26,779 nt of DNA from positions 1-26,779 of IMG/VR virus record IMGVR_UViG_3300030433_003060; one strand, given 5' to 3'. Numbering within the stretch: the stretch's first letter is position 1; every line of letters starts with the position of its first letter. Positions 16,851 through 26,232 of this stretch are shown piece after piece. The position numbers and the translations under genes are program-made. The notes under the pieces are model-generated. The model worked only from the letters and a program-made list of their open reading frames with translations. It ran no database searches and had not been told where the DNA came from. Source of the stretch: a virus. Lineage: Duplodnaviria > Caudoviricetes.

Positions 16851-18645
16851 TCCACAACAAGGCGGTCCTCAGCAACCACAAATGCAGGGGAATAACCAAG
16901 CATTCCAAGCGTTGCAGGCTAAGGCTATGGAAAAGAAAGGCGCTGCACTGTCTGCTTTTCAAAATAGCCAGTCAAGGTTTTCGTCTCAAGGTATGGGCAT
17001 TGCTCGTGACTTGGTGAGCCAGTCATATCAAGGAGAGCTCGGGCCTACAGCCGGCCTTGCTGCTGAAGGTTTGCCAGGAGAGTTTGCACGGTTCACACCA
17101 GGCACCGACTTGTTCAAGCGACACCAGCAACTCCAAGCGGAGCGCAGAGCAACCACCCGCCAACACAACCGAGAGCTGGGCAAGATTCAAGCCGAGATTA
17201 CAGGTCTGGGACAAAACAAAGCCAACCGACAACAAGGCTTCCAACGGGTGCTCCAGCGATACGCAGGGGAGATGACCAACACCCAAAGCTCACAAGCACT
17301 GATCGGAGGCTTGACAGATGCTATCAACCAGAAGCAAGACCGACTGATGATGCTTTCGGGTGGGGGAGTACTCGGCCTTGGTGCATTCGGAACCGGAACG
17401 GTAGGCACAGTCGGAGGCGGTATGGGTGAGCGGATCCAGCAGATCATGGCCACCCAAGGACTTTCTCGATACCAAGCAGCCAAGCAACTGATGGAAGTCC
17501 CTGGCCAAACCATGCAGAACAACGTCACCGATAGGAATATATTTGGTGCTGTTGGGGACTTCTTCCAAGGGGTGGGGGAGTCTCTTGGTTTCGAGGGTGG
17601 AAGTCTTTTGGCTGCTGCAGGACTGGTTGGCATATTCGCCATTACAGGACCTATCTCAACGATTATTGGTGCAGGTCTTCTTGCAACAGGTGCAACAGGA
17701 CTTAATACCTTTGGGGACGACACCCTTGAGGAAGTGAATGAAAGTGTGACGGAAGCGATGAAGAGCTTCCGGGCTGAAGACCACGTTGACGCTACTCTGC
17801 AAGCCAACCTTTTGGTGGTGTCGGAAGAGATTGCCAAAGTCTCGGGGAAAGGAGCTGCAGGGGCGGAGGCTGTGTTTGACGGGATGAACCAGCTAATGGA
17901 GGCCATCGGCAAGAGCACCAACCCAAATGACCAAGATGTGATTGCCATCATGGACAAAGTTGCAGAGCTCAAAGAGACCGCAGGCGTCAGCCTCGAGCAG
18001 TTGTATCACGGACTTGTAGCAGCAGAGAATGCCTCGGATGCTCGGAGATCTAGTCTGTACTCTAGCCGTTCGCAACTCCAAGCTGCGATCGGACAAGCAG
18101 GCAGGGTTGCAAACACGGAAGAACAACGTCTTGCCTTGCAGGTTTTTGAGCAGGGGGAACAACTAGAGTCTCAAATGAAACGTAAGTTGACTGCAGCACG
18201 AACACTCTTGGAGGCTGCAGGAGACAAAGTTACCAACCCCGAGCTTCGTTTCTACGAGGCTAGCGAGCGGGCACAGGCAGCAGAGGACATCTTGGATGGC
18301 ACGCTTGACGGATTGATCCGTCCGGACGGCAGCATCACCGAAGAAGCAGAAGAGTTGTTTTCGATCATTGATCCAAATGTTGCGTCGAAGCTTCGTGAAT
18401 TCTTGGACAAGAAGGCAACTGAAGAAGCCGAACTTCTTGAGTTGGAGGCTCGACAAACAGAACTGGGTGAACTGCTTGACCCTGCCCTGTCTCCCGAAAT
18501 TGCTGAGTACGAAGCTGAGCTGGCGGATCTGATGCAGCAGAACACAGAACGCAACATCGAGATTCAACGAGAGCGAGATACTGAGAGTCAAATCATCACT
18601 TCTCTTATGAACCAGATTGATGCAAACATGCAGGGATTGCGATGA
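16837..18645 (+). CDS. Putative internal virion (ejection) protein (602 aa) with Gly-rich hydrophobic segments and coiled coils
   Basis: Q-rich N-terminus, hydrophobic stretch SLLAAAGLVGIFAITGPISTIIGAGLLATGA, acidic coiled-coil C-terminus. Confidence 0.7.
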   Translation: MSQFNPQQGGPQQPQMQGNNQAFQALQAKAMEKKGAALSAFQNSQSRFSSQGMGIARDLVSQSYQGELGPTAGLAAEGLPGEFARFTPGTDLFKRHQQLQAERRATTRQHNRELGKIQAEITGLGQNKANRQQGFQRVLQRYAGEMTNTQSSQALIGGLTDAINQKQDRLMMLSGGGVLGLGAFGTGTVGTVGGGMGERIQQIMATQGLSRYQAAKQLMEVPGQTMQNNVTDRNIFGAVGDFFQGVGESLGFEGGSLLAAAGLVGIFAITGPISTIIGAGLLATGATGLNTFGDDTLEEVNESVTEAMKSFRAEDHVDATLQANLLVVSEEIAKVSGKGAAGAEAVFDGMNQLMEAIGKSTNPNDQDVIAIMDKVAELKETAGVSLEQLYHGLVAAENASDARRSSLYSSRSQLQAAIGQAGRVANTEEQRLALQVFEQGEQLESQMKRKLTAARTLLEAAGDKVTNPELRFYEASERAQAAEDILDGTLDGLIRPDGSITEEAEELFSIIDPNVASKLREFLDKKATEEAELLELEARQTELGELLDPALSPEIAEYEAELADLMQQNTERNIEIQRERDTESQIITSLMNQIDANMQGLR

Positions 18646-18986
18646 CCGACTGGAAGGGATCAGTAAAAAAGCTTGTGACCGACTTCGATGACAAGAAGGG
18701 CGCAGCTGTACTGGTAACTCCCCCACTGGAGGGGCGCTCTTCTCCTGTGCAGGTAACGCAAGACGAGCACACTCTGCAGTTCGAAGGCTCAAAGATTACA
18801 CCCAAAGCTGTACGGAAGTGGCTGTGGGAACAACGTGAGTGCAGAGCACTGAAACGATCTGGTGCTTTTCTGTTTGCTAACTACAACGAAGAAGACGACA
18901 AGACCTACGTAGGTATTGGGGCTCTTGCTTCCGAAGCTGCTGCGGTGCGACTGGTTGAACGACGAACACGCGAGGGACTGGTATGA
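18642..18986 (+). CDS. Hypothetical protein (114 aa)
   Basis: ATGA overlaps at both ends; globular alpha/beta-like composition. Confidence 0.78.
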   Translation: MTDWKGSVKKLVTDFDDKKGAAVLVTPPLEGRSSPVQVTQDEHTLQFEGSKITPKAVRKWLWEQRECRALKRSGAFLFANYNEEDDKTYVGIGALASEAAAVRLVERRTREGLV

Positions 18987-21160
18987 CTCAGTTTACACTG
19001 CCTGGTTTTGACACCCCACTGAATGTCTTGAACGGAAGCTTCTTGCCTACTCAAGGGCCTGCGTTTAGAGGCAGCGTCCGCGACCGACGCGCTCTCCAGT
19101 CTATTGCCATGGCTCCCTCAGAGATTATGGATGAGCTTGCAATGATGTCAGATGACATCGCAGACGACGCGTCGGACCTTCTTAGGTCAGGGGATGTAAA
19201 AGGCATGCGTGCTCGTATGGCTGCTTCTGAGATTATGTCAGGTAGCCCTATAGGTGGTATGGGTCGTCGCGGCGGCATGGGAGTCCAAGTTCTTGATGCT
19301 CTTGAGGACCTTGCACAGAAAGACTTGCACCCTCGACTGTTGGAAGCAGGGTTTACTCCTAAAGATATCCCCGAGGGTATCGGTCGAGAGCAGATGAATG
19401 ACGTCATGCGGGAGATCGACGGAGGCACCAAGGCGGATAAAGACAAGGCACTCAAAGCCCTGAAGAAAATGAAGGGCTCTTTGGGGGCCGGAGGCATCCC
19501 TGGGAATGTGCCCAAAGCTGCTCAAGACCTGATTGAGGCATCGGGTCTCGCAACAGGAAAAGAAGCTCAGCAGTTGGGACGAGCGATCCAAGTTCAGATT
19601 GCTGACGACTTTGCAGTAAGAAATCAGTTCTTCGAACCGGGACGAGCAACCTCTGCTTTGAATCAAGGGGCCGGAGTAGGTACTGGGTCACGTGGCAACC
19701 CTGCGGCTCTTCGCCGGTCAGCCAACCCACGAGCAGGTACTGTGGCTTTGTCCTCGATGGAAAACGCTGCGGACATGCCTTTGTTCCAACAAGCAGCCCA
19801 GCAACAACGAGCAGCTCGAATTGCAGCTGATGCCGCTGCCGGCAGACCTGTAGGTCCAATGCCTATGGGCAGGACTTTTGCTCCGAATGTTCTTCCTGTT
19901 GAAGGAGCAGGAGAAGGAGCGAAACAACTTGCACAATTCGAATCTCGAATGCCCCGTGTCGGCGTTGGTCAACCTCTCACTCCCAACCAAATCAGATCAG
20001 GTCTTTTCTCTGGAAGCATGAACCCTGCCGCTCTCGTGGGCCGTGAAGGACAAGCTCTTGCCTCGATGAGTCCTGAAGTTCTTGCGCAGTCGGGTGTTCC
20101 TGGGGGAGCACCTCCTCCAATCGCTGGTCGAAGCCCCGGAACTTTCCTTGCTTCACGACCGCAGACTGATGATGTCGCACTTGCCTTGCGTGGGGAGATG
20201 CAACAAGGAGAACAATTTGGCACCGGTCAAGCCGATGACGGCAAACCTACAGGACAATCAAAGCCTGGACGGGAGGGTAAGACACCCGGCGTTAGCAAAG
20301 CAGACAAGCAGCGAGCTCAAGCTCTCCAACGACGCATTACTGAAATCAAAAACTTCAAGCCCACCAAGGCACAGGCTGCATCTCTAGGGTTGCCGGACTC
20401 CGCTGTGGGCAAGGCAATCTTTGCGGATACACCTGACGATGTGGTCTTGCGTATTGCACGTGCGTCGGTGGATCAGGATGACGCAGTAGCCGCAACCGCT
20501 GCAAGATCTAGAGGTCAACGGGCGCTTGGGGGTACTTCACGAACTCCTCGAGAGATTGTTCTGAATCAAGTGCCTGGCACCAACCAGTTTGTCCCTCCAG
20601 GAGACGCTGCAGATGTGGGCGGTGCTGGAGGTGGCGGTCGTGGCGGCGGCGGTGGTGCTGGAGGCGGTCGCGGCGGTGCTGGAGGCGGAGGGCAAAAAGC
20701 ATTACCTGCACCCAAAAAACTGTCTTTCTTCCAACAGTTGAAGAGCCCTGCCGGACGGAAGGCGTTGAGGGAGGCTGCTCTGAAAGGACTAGGCAGATTC
20801 ACTACAAGCATGGGCGGTGGTTTGGGTCTTGCTGGTCTGGGCCTGGGGTTTGCATTCTTGGTTAGTGATGCAGTCGCACGTCGTAACCAACGGGTGCAAG
20901 AGATTCAAGGACTGCAGTTGGGACTGGCAAACGATGCTCGTGCCCGCATGTCTCCCCTGATGCAGTTGCAAGGAGCACGACAAGGCGCAAGCGAGCTGCG
21001 CGGACTTGCTGCCCTGTCTGAGGTGCCCCGTCAAGTGACACAACAAGAAGCAGAACTTGCTAGTCTGTTGGGCAGAAGCGGAGCGTATGCGGCTCAGCAG
21101 TCTGCAGTGGCCCCGCAAGGCGCCATGATGGCACAGCAACGAGTAGGCGGAATGATCTAA
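18983..21160 (+). CDS. Putative internal virion (ejection) protein (725 aa), G/A/R/P-rich
   Basis: Long low-complexity ORF with a poly-Gly/RGG tract, hydrophobic segment GLGLAGLGLGFAFLV near the C-terminus, overlaps at both ends. Confidence 0.68.
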   Translation: MTQFTLPGFDTPLNVLNGSFLPTQGPAFRGSVRDRRALQSIAMAPSEIMDELAMMSDDIADDASDLLRSGDVKGMRARMAASEIMSGSPIGGMGRRGGMGVQVLDALEDLAQKDLHPRLLEAGFTPKDIPEGIGREQMNDVMREIDGGTKADKDKALKALKKMKGSLGAGGIPGNVPKAAQDLIEASGLATGKEAQQLGRAIQVQIADDFAVRNQFFEPGRATSALNQGAGVGTGSRGNPAALRRSANPRAGTVALSSMENAADMPLFQQAAQQQRAARIAADAAAGRPVGPMPMGRTFAPNVLPVEGAGEGAKQLAQFESRMPRVGVGQPLTPNQIRSGLFSGSMNPAALVGREGQALASMSPEVLAQSGVPGGAPPPIAGRSPGTFLASRPQTDDVALALRGEMQQGEQFGTGQADDGKPTGQSKPGREGKTPGVSKADKQRAQALQRRITEIKNFKPTKAQAASLGLPDSAVGKAIFADTPDDVVLRIARASVDQDDAVAATAARSRGQRALGGTSRTPREIVLNQVPGTNQFVPPGDAADVGGAGGGGRGGGGGAGGGRGGAGGGGQKALPAPKKLSFFQQLKSPAGRKALREAALKGLGRFTTSMGGGLGLAGLGLGFAFLVSDAVARRNQRVQEIQGLQLGLANDARARMSPLMQLQGARQGASELRGLAALSEVPRQVTQQEAELASLLGRSGAYAAQQSAVAPQGAMMAQQRVGGMI
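20618..20692 (+). repeat. Gly-rich coding repeat GGAGGGGRGGGGGAGGGRGGAGGGG
   Basis: 25 codons containing three copies of GGTGCTGGAGG. Confidence 0.85.
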
Positions 21161-21609
21161 TGTTTTCACAGATGCCCAAACTAGCACAGGGGATCCTCGG
21201 AGCCGAGTTGGGGGTGGGTCTTGCAATGCCCATGATGTACGACTCAAGGTCCGGGGTGGGCCGTGGAGTGAAGGACTTCCTCGCGCCTGGAAAGATGGAT
21301 GGTCTGCGGCAAATGGCTGCTCTTGCTTCTACCGAGCGAGGACAGCGAGCCCTATACAGAGCCAATAAAAGAAAGACTGAGTTCCAAGCCCTGCAGGCCA
21401 GCATGGCTCAGAGTTTGGCGCGTTTGGCGGCAGCGAGCCCTCAAACGTATAACCAAGTAATGGCGGGTCGACAACTTCCGCAAGGTGCGGTGGTGTTAGG
21501 AGGGGCCCCCAGAGTCGACCTTATGGAAGACTTGGCGCTGCGTATGGCGTCAAACCCTCAAGCTATCCCGGGCGCCCCAGCCCAACCCTCTGTAATGGAT
21601 TTGATCTAA
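21160..21609 (+). CDS. Hypothetical protein (149 aa), possibly a small internal virion protein
   Basis: TAATG overlap; Gly-rich hydrophobic N-terminus (GILGAELGVGLAM), A/Q/M-rich helical remainder. Confidence 0.72.
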   Translation: MFSQMPKLAQGILGAELGVGLAMPMMYDSRSGVGRGVKDFLAPGKMDGLRQMAALASTERGQRALYRANKRKTEFQALQASMAQSLARLAAASPQTYNQVMAGRQLPQGAVVLGGAPRVDLMEDLALRMASNPQAIPGAPAQPSVMDLI

Positions 21610-21619
21610 GGAGTTTACT

Positions 21620-22012
21620 ATGGCTGGTGAAGCCCTACGTTTGCCGTTTGAAGGCGTCAATGATGCCTCATTTGTTATCAACGCCCAGCTCGCTTCTGGT
21701 GCCGCGACCGTCTTTCTCGGTTCAGTCCCTGTTGACTGCGTCGTCGAGCGGATTACTGAGCGTCATGCAACAAAGCAAGGCGCTACATCTAACATCGTCG
21801 TGAAGGGAGCCGCTTCTGGTACTGCTATTGCTTCTGGCACTGCTCTCCACAGCGGCAACTTGGACGGCGACAATACAAACGATACCGTTCAGTTTGCAAC
21901 CATTGACACAGACAACAACAAGCTGACTGCTGGTTCCGTGATTGGTGCTACTCTTTCCGCACACGACACGATTGCCAACATCTCGTTCAGCATCATCTGT
22001 CGGCCTGTTTGA
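21620..22012 (+). CDS. Small beta-rich structural protein (130 aa), putative head decoration/spike; paralog of 22025-22426
   Basis: AGGAG at 21609-21613; T/A/S/G-rich beta-strand pattern; alignable by eye to the next gene. Confidence 0.72.
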   Translation: MAGEALRLPFEGVNDASFVINAQLASGAATVFLGSVPVDCVVERITERHATKQGATSNIVVKGAASGTAIASGTALHSGNLDGDNTNDTVQFATIDTDNNKLTAGSVIGATLSAHDTIANISFSIICRPV

Positions 22013-22024
22013 TAGGAGTTACTA

Positions 22025-22426
22025 ATGCCAGGTGAAAAACCAATTCCAGTAGATACATTCCCAGATGTGCTCCAATACATCTCGGTTAATCTTGCCCAAG
22101 ACGGAGCAGGAGACGCATCGGCTGACCAACCAATCTTTCATTGCGAAAGAGATACGGTCGTTGACGCTGCTTTTATCCGTTGCGCAACCGCTGACAGTGA
22201 TGCAACAATTACGTTGAAGCATTTCACCACAGGAAACGTGACGGACGGCACCGCTTTTTCTAGCGCTGCTGCCTTGAGCGCTACTGCGGGAACTGTTATC
22301 CCAGTGACGATCACTGACACCGCTAACGTTATTCCTGCAGGAGACGCTATCGGTGTTGATTTCACTAACACTTCAACGGCTGAAGGCGTCAATGTGACTC
22401 TCCGGATTCGCACGAAGCGTAAATGA
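22025..22426 (+). CDS. Small beta-rich structural protein (133 aa), putative head decoration/spike; paralog of 21620-22012
   Basis: AGGAG at 22014-22018; shared motifs D-x-VV...R-x-AT, GTA-x-x-S, N-x-x-x-AG-x-x-IG. Confidence 0.72.
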   Translation: MPGEKPIPVDTFPDVLQYISVNLAQDGAGDASADQPIFHCERDTVVDAAFIRCATADSDATITLKHFTTGNVTDGTAFSSAAALSATAGTVIPVTITDTANVIPAGDAIGVDFTNTSTAEGVNVTLRIRTKRK

Positions 22427-25400
22427 GCCAGATCCAAGCGAGCCCATTCGGCCCGCTGCACTTTTACGATGCCCCAGAGGTCGCCCTCACCCAGATCATG
22501 GATGATGAGGCGACCTTTGGGAGCTTCGTAAATACGTTCTTTAGTCCTGACACACTGAGCCCCATTGAACGGGACTCGTATGCGGACAGGATGAAAGAGC
22601 AGCTAGGCTACGACAAGAAAGGCGTAGGATCTGCGCTTGTAGATGTAGCCACAAACCCACTTGTATACCTGGCGTTTCTGTTTACCCCCGCAGGCTTGCG
22701 GATGGGAGGACAGGGACGTCTGTTTGCACAGAACATTAAGAACAGTCTGAGTGCTCTGATCCTCCGTAACGGACGGGAACTGATGCACGGCACCGCAGGA
22801 GCAGAAGGCATCAGCCAGATGCAGAAGGTAGCCCGAAGGCTTAGCCAAGAGACTGCTTCGATTGTTGACCCTCACCTTGCAAAGTACCTTGAGGCGCGGG
22901 GTATCACATACGAGCAGTATCGAGACCCCACCAGAATCAAAGACCTTGCGCTTCGACAGGAGGTCCAGCACGACCTTGACCTGCTGCACATCAAACTGTC
23001 TGGTATGGACAAGGCAGAGGAGATTACCCGAACCAACTACATCCAGAAGTTTACGAACATGGATGGGGTTGAGGTCGACATCGACAAGGCAAAAGAACTG
23101 CACAAGATCTACGCTAAGGCCGGCGGAGATATCGTTGAGTCTGCAGATGGAGAACTGTTCCGGGTCAAGCGAGGAGTAGATGACATCATCGTTATTGATG
23201 AAGACACTACCTCTGCAGCACTGTTTGACTTTAGCAAGGTCGGTGGGCTTGACAGTATCTTGAGAACTCGAGGACTAGGCGATCTGGCAGAGGCAACCCG
23301 TGATAGTCTCCGCGTCCGCATGGGGCGTAACTTCTTGCGAGACGGGGTGAGCCTAGATCAAATCAAAGCAGTTGAAGCGATCACCGACAAAGCCAAAAGA
23401 CTCGAGGCAGCAAAAGAAATCATTGACCCCGACAAGGTCTTGCGCCTGAAGAATGCACTGCAGAGCCCTCACCTGGATGACCAGCTAGGTTTGCCTGGAT
23501 TCTTTGATCGACTGATGAGTCGTGAGATGCGGGCAAACATTCTGTCAGGCGAGGCCCTGAACATCGGTGACGATAAGTTCGTAGACCTGATGACTCGAGG
23601 TATGGCCAACGACTTGTTCGCCGGAGGCTCGTACTTCCCTCGTAACCAGATGGACTTCTTTACGTTCAAACGTCGACCAGGAGAGATGTTCGAACTAGCA
23701 GAAGCTACCGGGCTTGACCGCCCAACCCTTGATGCAAAGGGCGGGCCTGACATGCGCAACATGATGTCTCAAATGTTTGCATCTGGGCGTTCTGGACGTA
23801 GAAACCTGGACGAGATTGCCTACAACATGGAGGATCTTGAACGAGCAAGATCAGCAGTAGAGGCAGTGGGGGGTCGTACTGCCGGCGGATACGGAAGACA
23901 CCGACAACTAAGCCAGAACGTCGTTGAGTACGCAAACAGAAACAAGGGCGAAGGACGAATCATTCCTTTGCGCCGGATCAACTTTGTCCGTGCCAACGAA
24001 ACATACCAGATCCAGACAGCTAGAGACCACGCTCTCTACATTGACCAACTGACTCCGCTCGAGCGCCAAGCACAGCGAGAAGCGCTGTTTACAGCGCAAG
24101 GCGCAGAGCGATACGGAGAAAGCGTAACCCAGGTACGTGCACGTGCGTACATGAAAGACGCTGAGTCTCCTAGATTGATGCAGGTTATGGACACAGAAGG
24201 CAAGCTTGCACCTCCAGGAGGGTGGACGCGAGCCGACTTGTTCGAGCAGGTGGGTCAGCAACTCAGAACTGTCGCGCAAGACACCGCTGAGGTAGCCCCT
24301 GAACTATCCAGACTGCGAGGCGAGAAGGCATACGAGATGTTCCGAGAGACCATCCTGCCTGCAGCCTTGGGTATGCGCACCGACCAGCGAAGCCTTATGA
24401 CCTTTGCTACTCGGCAAGCCCAGGCAGTGGGGGAGAAGTTTGCCAACAGTAGTCTTGGAAAGATACTGGAGGGCTCGAACGAAACTATGGCTAGCGCCAT
24501 GAAGCAGATCCGCTACTTCGCACAGCGAGACGCAGCAGAACTGATCGACCCCGTAAGAAACCAAGCAGCCTCATACCTGTACGCATCTCACTTGGGTCTG
24601 AATATGGGCTCAGTGCTGTTGAACTTGCAGCAGCCCTTCTTGCACCTGCAAACGATTGTGGGTTTGGGGGCAACAACTAGAGGCATGGCCGACGCAGCCA
24701 ACGACCTGCGCAAGTATGCCGTGCGACGTTTGGACTACGGACCCACAATTACCCCAGAGCAACGGCGAGGTATCTTGGAGGAGGTTCTTGAGTTCCCCGA
24801 AGAGGCGGGGATTATGGGCGACGTCATCTCTGACCTTGACCGGTTGATTGATACCCAACGCTCCATTCAAGGCAAAGCCTTTAACGTCAACAAGGTGGTG
24901 GACTTTACCCTCAAGGGGTTTGAGAAGACGGAATGGATGAACCGTCTTACCACAGTGCACGCAATCAAGCACAACTATCTTGAGCGCGGCATGGCTACAC
25001 GGCTGGCTAACGGCAAGATCGGCTTTGCTGATGACCTAACTGAAGCAGGGTTCCGCAACGACGCTCAGGCTGCGGTGCAACAGTTTCAGTTTGGTGCGGA
25101 TATCTTGGGTACCCCCATGCTGTTCATGCAAGGGGCTTTGTCGGACCCCCTCCTTCGCCAGTTCCAGTCCTTTGGTCTTCGTACTTTGACCTCTACATTT
25201 ATCGGTGGCGGTCAGATTGCGCAAGGCAGACGGTTTATTCGAGGCACCAACATGGAAGTGCCGTACCGTTTGGCTGATCCTTTGAGAATGATTGGCGTTA
25301 GCGCTTTGATCTATGAAGGAGGCAAGGGACTGATCGGTGCAGACCTGTCTCGCGGTGGTGCTATTGAATCTTTCAAGGCGTTTGCTAACCCTGAGAAGGC

Positions 25401-26217
25401 AGCTAAGGGCGAGTTCCCATTCATTGTTCCGCCCGTCATTTCCATCACTGCAGGAGGTGTTGAGGGCATCCTGCAGGGGGATATGAAGTTGATCGGTGAC
25501 TCACTGGCTCGGTCTATCCCTGGTGGTATTGGGCTTCAGCGTGCATTGCAGGTAGCTCCTGACGCCAACGCTAACTTCTTAACTAGCCTTGCGTCTCCTG
25601 CGCAGAAGTTCTTTGCTGACTACGAGAACATGACGCCTGATGGAATGATTCCCATCAAGAAGTCTGACGGAACATTTGTTGACTATCAAAGTCCTACGTC
25701 TCTTATTCTTAGGGGCTTGGGTGTCAACCTATCCATGCCTCAATACAGTCGAGACATTGATGGGTACATGGTGCGTCAACGAGACGAAATCAACAAGCGA
25801 CGACGCTCTTGGGTAGAGGCAGTGGTTGTCCAAGGGGACGTCGCAAAAGGCGAGAAGATCAACGCAGACTTCCAACGTAAGTACGGATTCCGTCTACCTG
25901 TTACCACCCAGCAGATTAAGTCTGCCGTCAAGGGCCTGGAAACACCCCGTTCTCTGCGCATGATGGACCGCATGCCCCCAGAGATTCGGTCGTACTTCCA
26001 ACAAGAAGCAGCAAGAAACCCAGATCGTCTCCAGTCACCTGAAGAAGTGCTGCTGAATCTTCCCACCACCTCGCAGAGGCAGGCCGCAGCAGGTGTCCAG
26101 ACACCCGTCTCTTTGTCTCCTGAAGTTCTACAGGAAATACGCAGATCTGTGCAGCAAACCGAGGCTCAGAGGGAAAGACTCAAGGCTCCGGTGTTTGAGG
26201 CTTTTCAGGGCTTCTGA
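22423..26217 (+). CDS. Large internal virion (ejection) protein (1264 aa)
   Basis: Large helical protein closing the structural block. C-terminal half has HLGLNMGSVLLNLQQP, EWMNR and QFQFG...P...LLRQFQSF, patterns typical of large podoviral DNA-transfer proteins. Confidence 0.72.
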   Translation: MSQIQASPFGPLHFYDAPEVALTQIMDDEATFGSFVNTFFSPDTLSPIERDSYADRMKEQLGYDKKGVGSALVDVATNPLVYLAFLFTPAGLRMGGQGRLFAQNIKNSLSALILRNGRELMHGTAGAEGISQMQKVARRLSQETASIVDPHLAKYLEARGITYEQYRDPTRIKDLALRQEVQHDLDLLHIKLSGMDKAEEITRTNYIQKFTNMDGVEVDIDKAKELHKIYAKAGGDIVESADGELFRVKRGVDDIIVIDEDTTSAALFDFSKVGGLDSILRTRGLGDLAEATRDSLRVRMGRNFLRDGVSLDQIKAVEAITDKAKRLEAAKEIIDPDKVLRLKNALQSPHLDDQLGLPGFFDRLMSREMRANILSGEALNIGDDKFVDLMTRGMANDLFAGGSYFPRNQMDFFTFKRRPGEMFELAEATGLDRPTLDAKGGPDMRNMMSQMFASGRSGRRNLDEIAYNMEDLERARSAVEAVGGRTAGGYGRHRQLSQNVVEYANRNKGEGRIIPLRRINFVRANETYQIQTARDHALYIDQLTPLERQAQREALFTAQGAERYGESVTQVRARAYMKDAESPRLMQVMDTEGKLAPPGGWTRADLFEQVGQQLRTVAQDTAEVAPELSRLRGEKAYEMFRETILPAALGMRTDQRSLMTFATRQAQAVGEKFANSSLGKILEGSNETMASAMKQIRYFAQRDAAELIDPVRNQAASYLYASHLGLNMGSVLLNLQQPFLHLQTIVGLGATTRGMADAANDLRKYAVRRLDYGPTITPEQRRGILEEVLEFPEEAGIMGDVISDLDRLIDTQRSIQGKAFNVNKVVDFTLKGFEKTEWMNRLTTVHAIKHNYLERGMATRLANGKIGFADDLTEAGFRNDAQAAVQQFQFGADILGTPMLFMQGALSDPLLRQFQSFGLRTLTSTFIGGGQIAQGRRFIRGTNMEVPYRLADPLRMIGVSALIYEGGKGLIGADLSRGGAIESFKAFANPEKAAKGEFPFIVPPVISITAGGVEGILQGDMKLIGDSLARSIPGGIGLQRALQVAPDANANFLTSLASPAQKFFADYENMTPDGMIPIKKSDGTFVDYQSPTSLILRGLGVNLSMPQYSRDIDGYMVRQRDEINKRRRSWVEAVVVQGDVAKGEKINADFQRKYGFRLPVTTQQIKSAVKGLETPRSLRMMDRMPPEIRSYFQQEAARNPDRLQSPEEVLLNLPTTSQRQAAAGVQTPVSLSPEVLQEIRRSVQQTEAQRERLKAPVFEAFQGF

Positions 26218-26232
26218 TCCGACCTTACCTGT

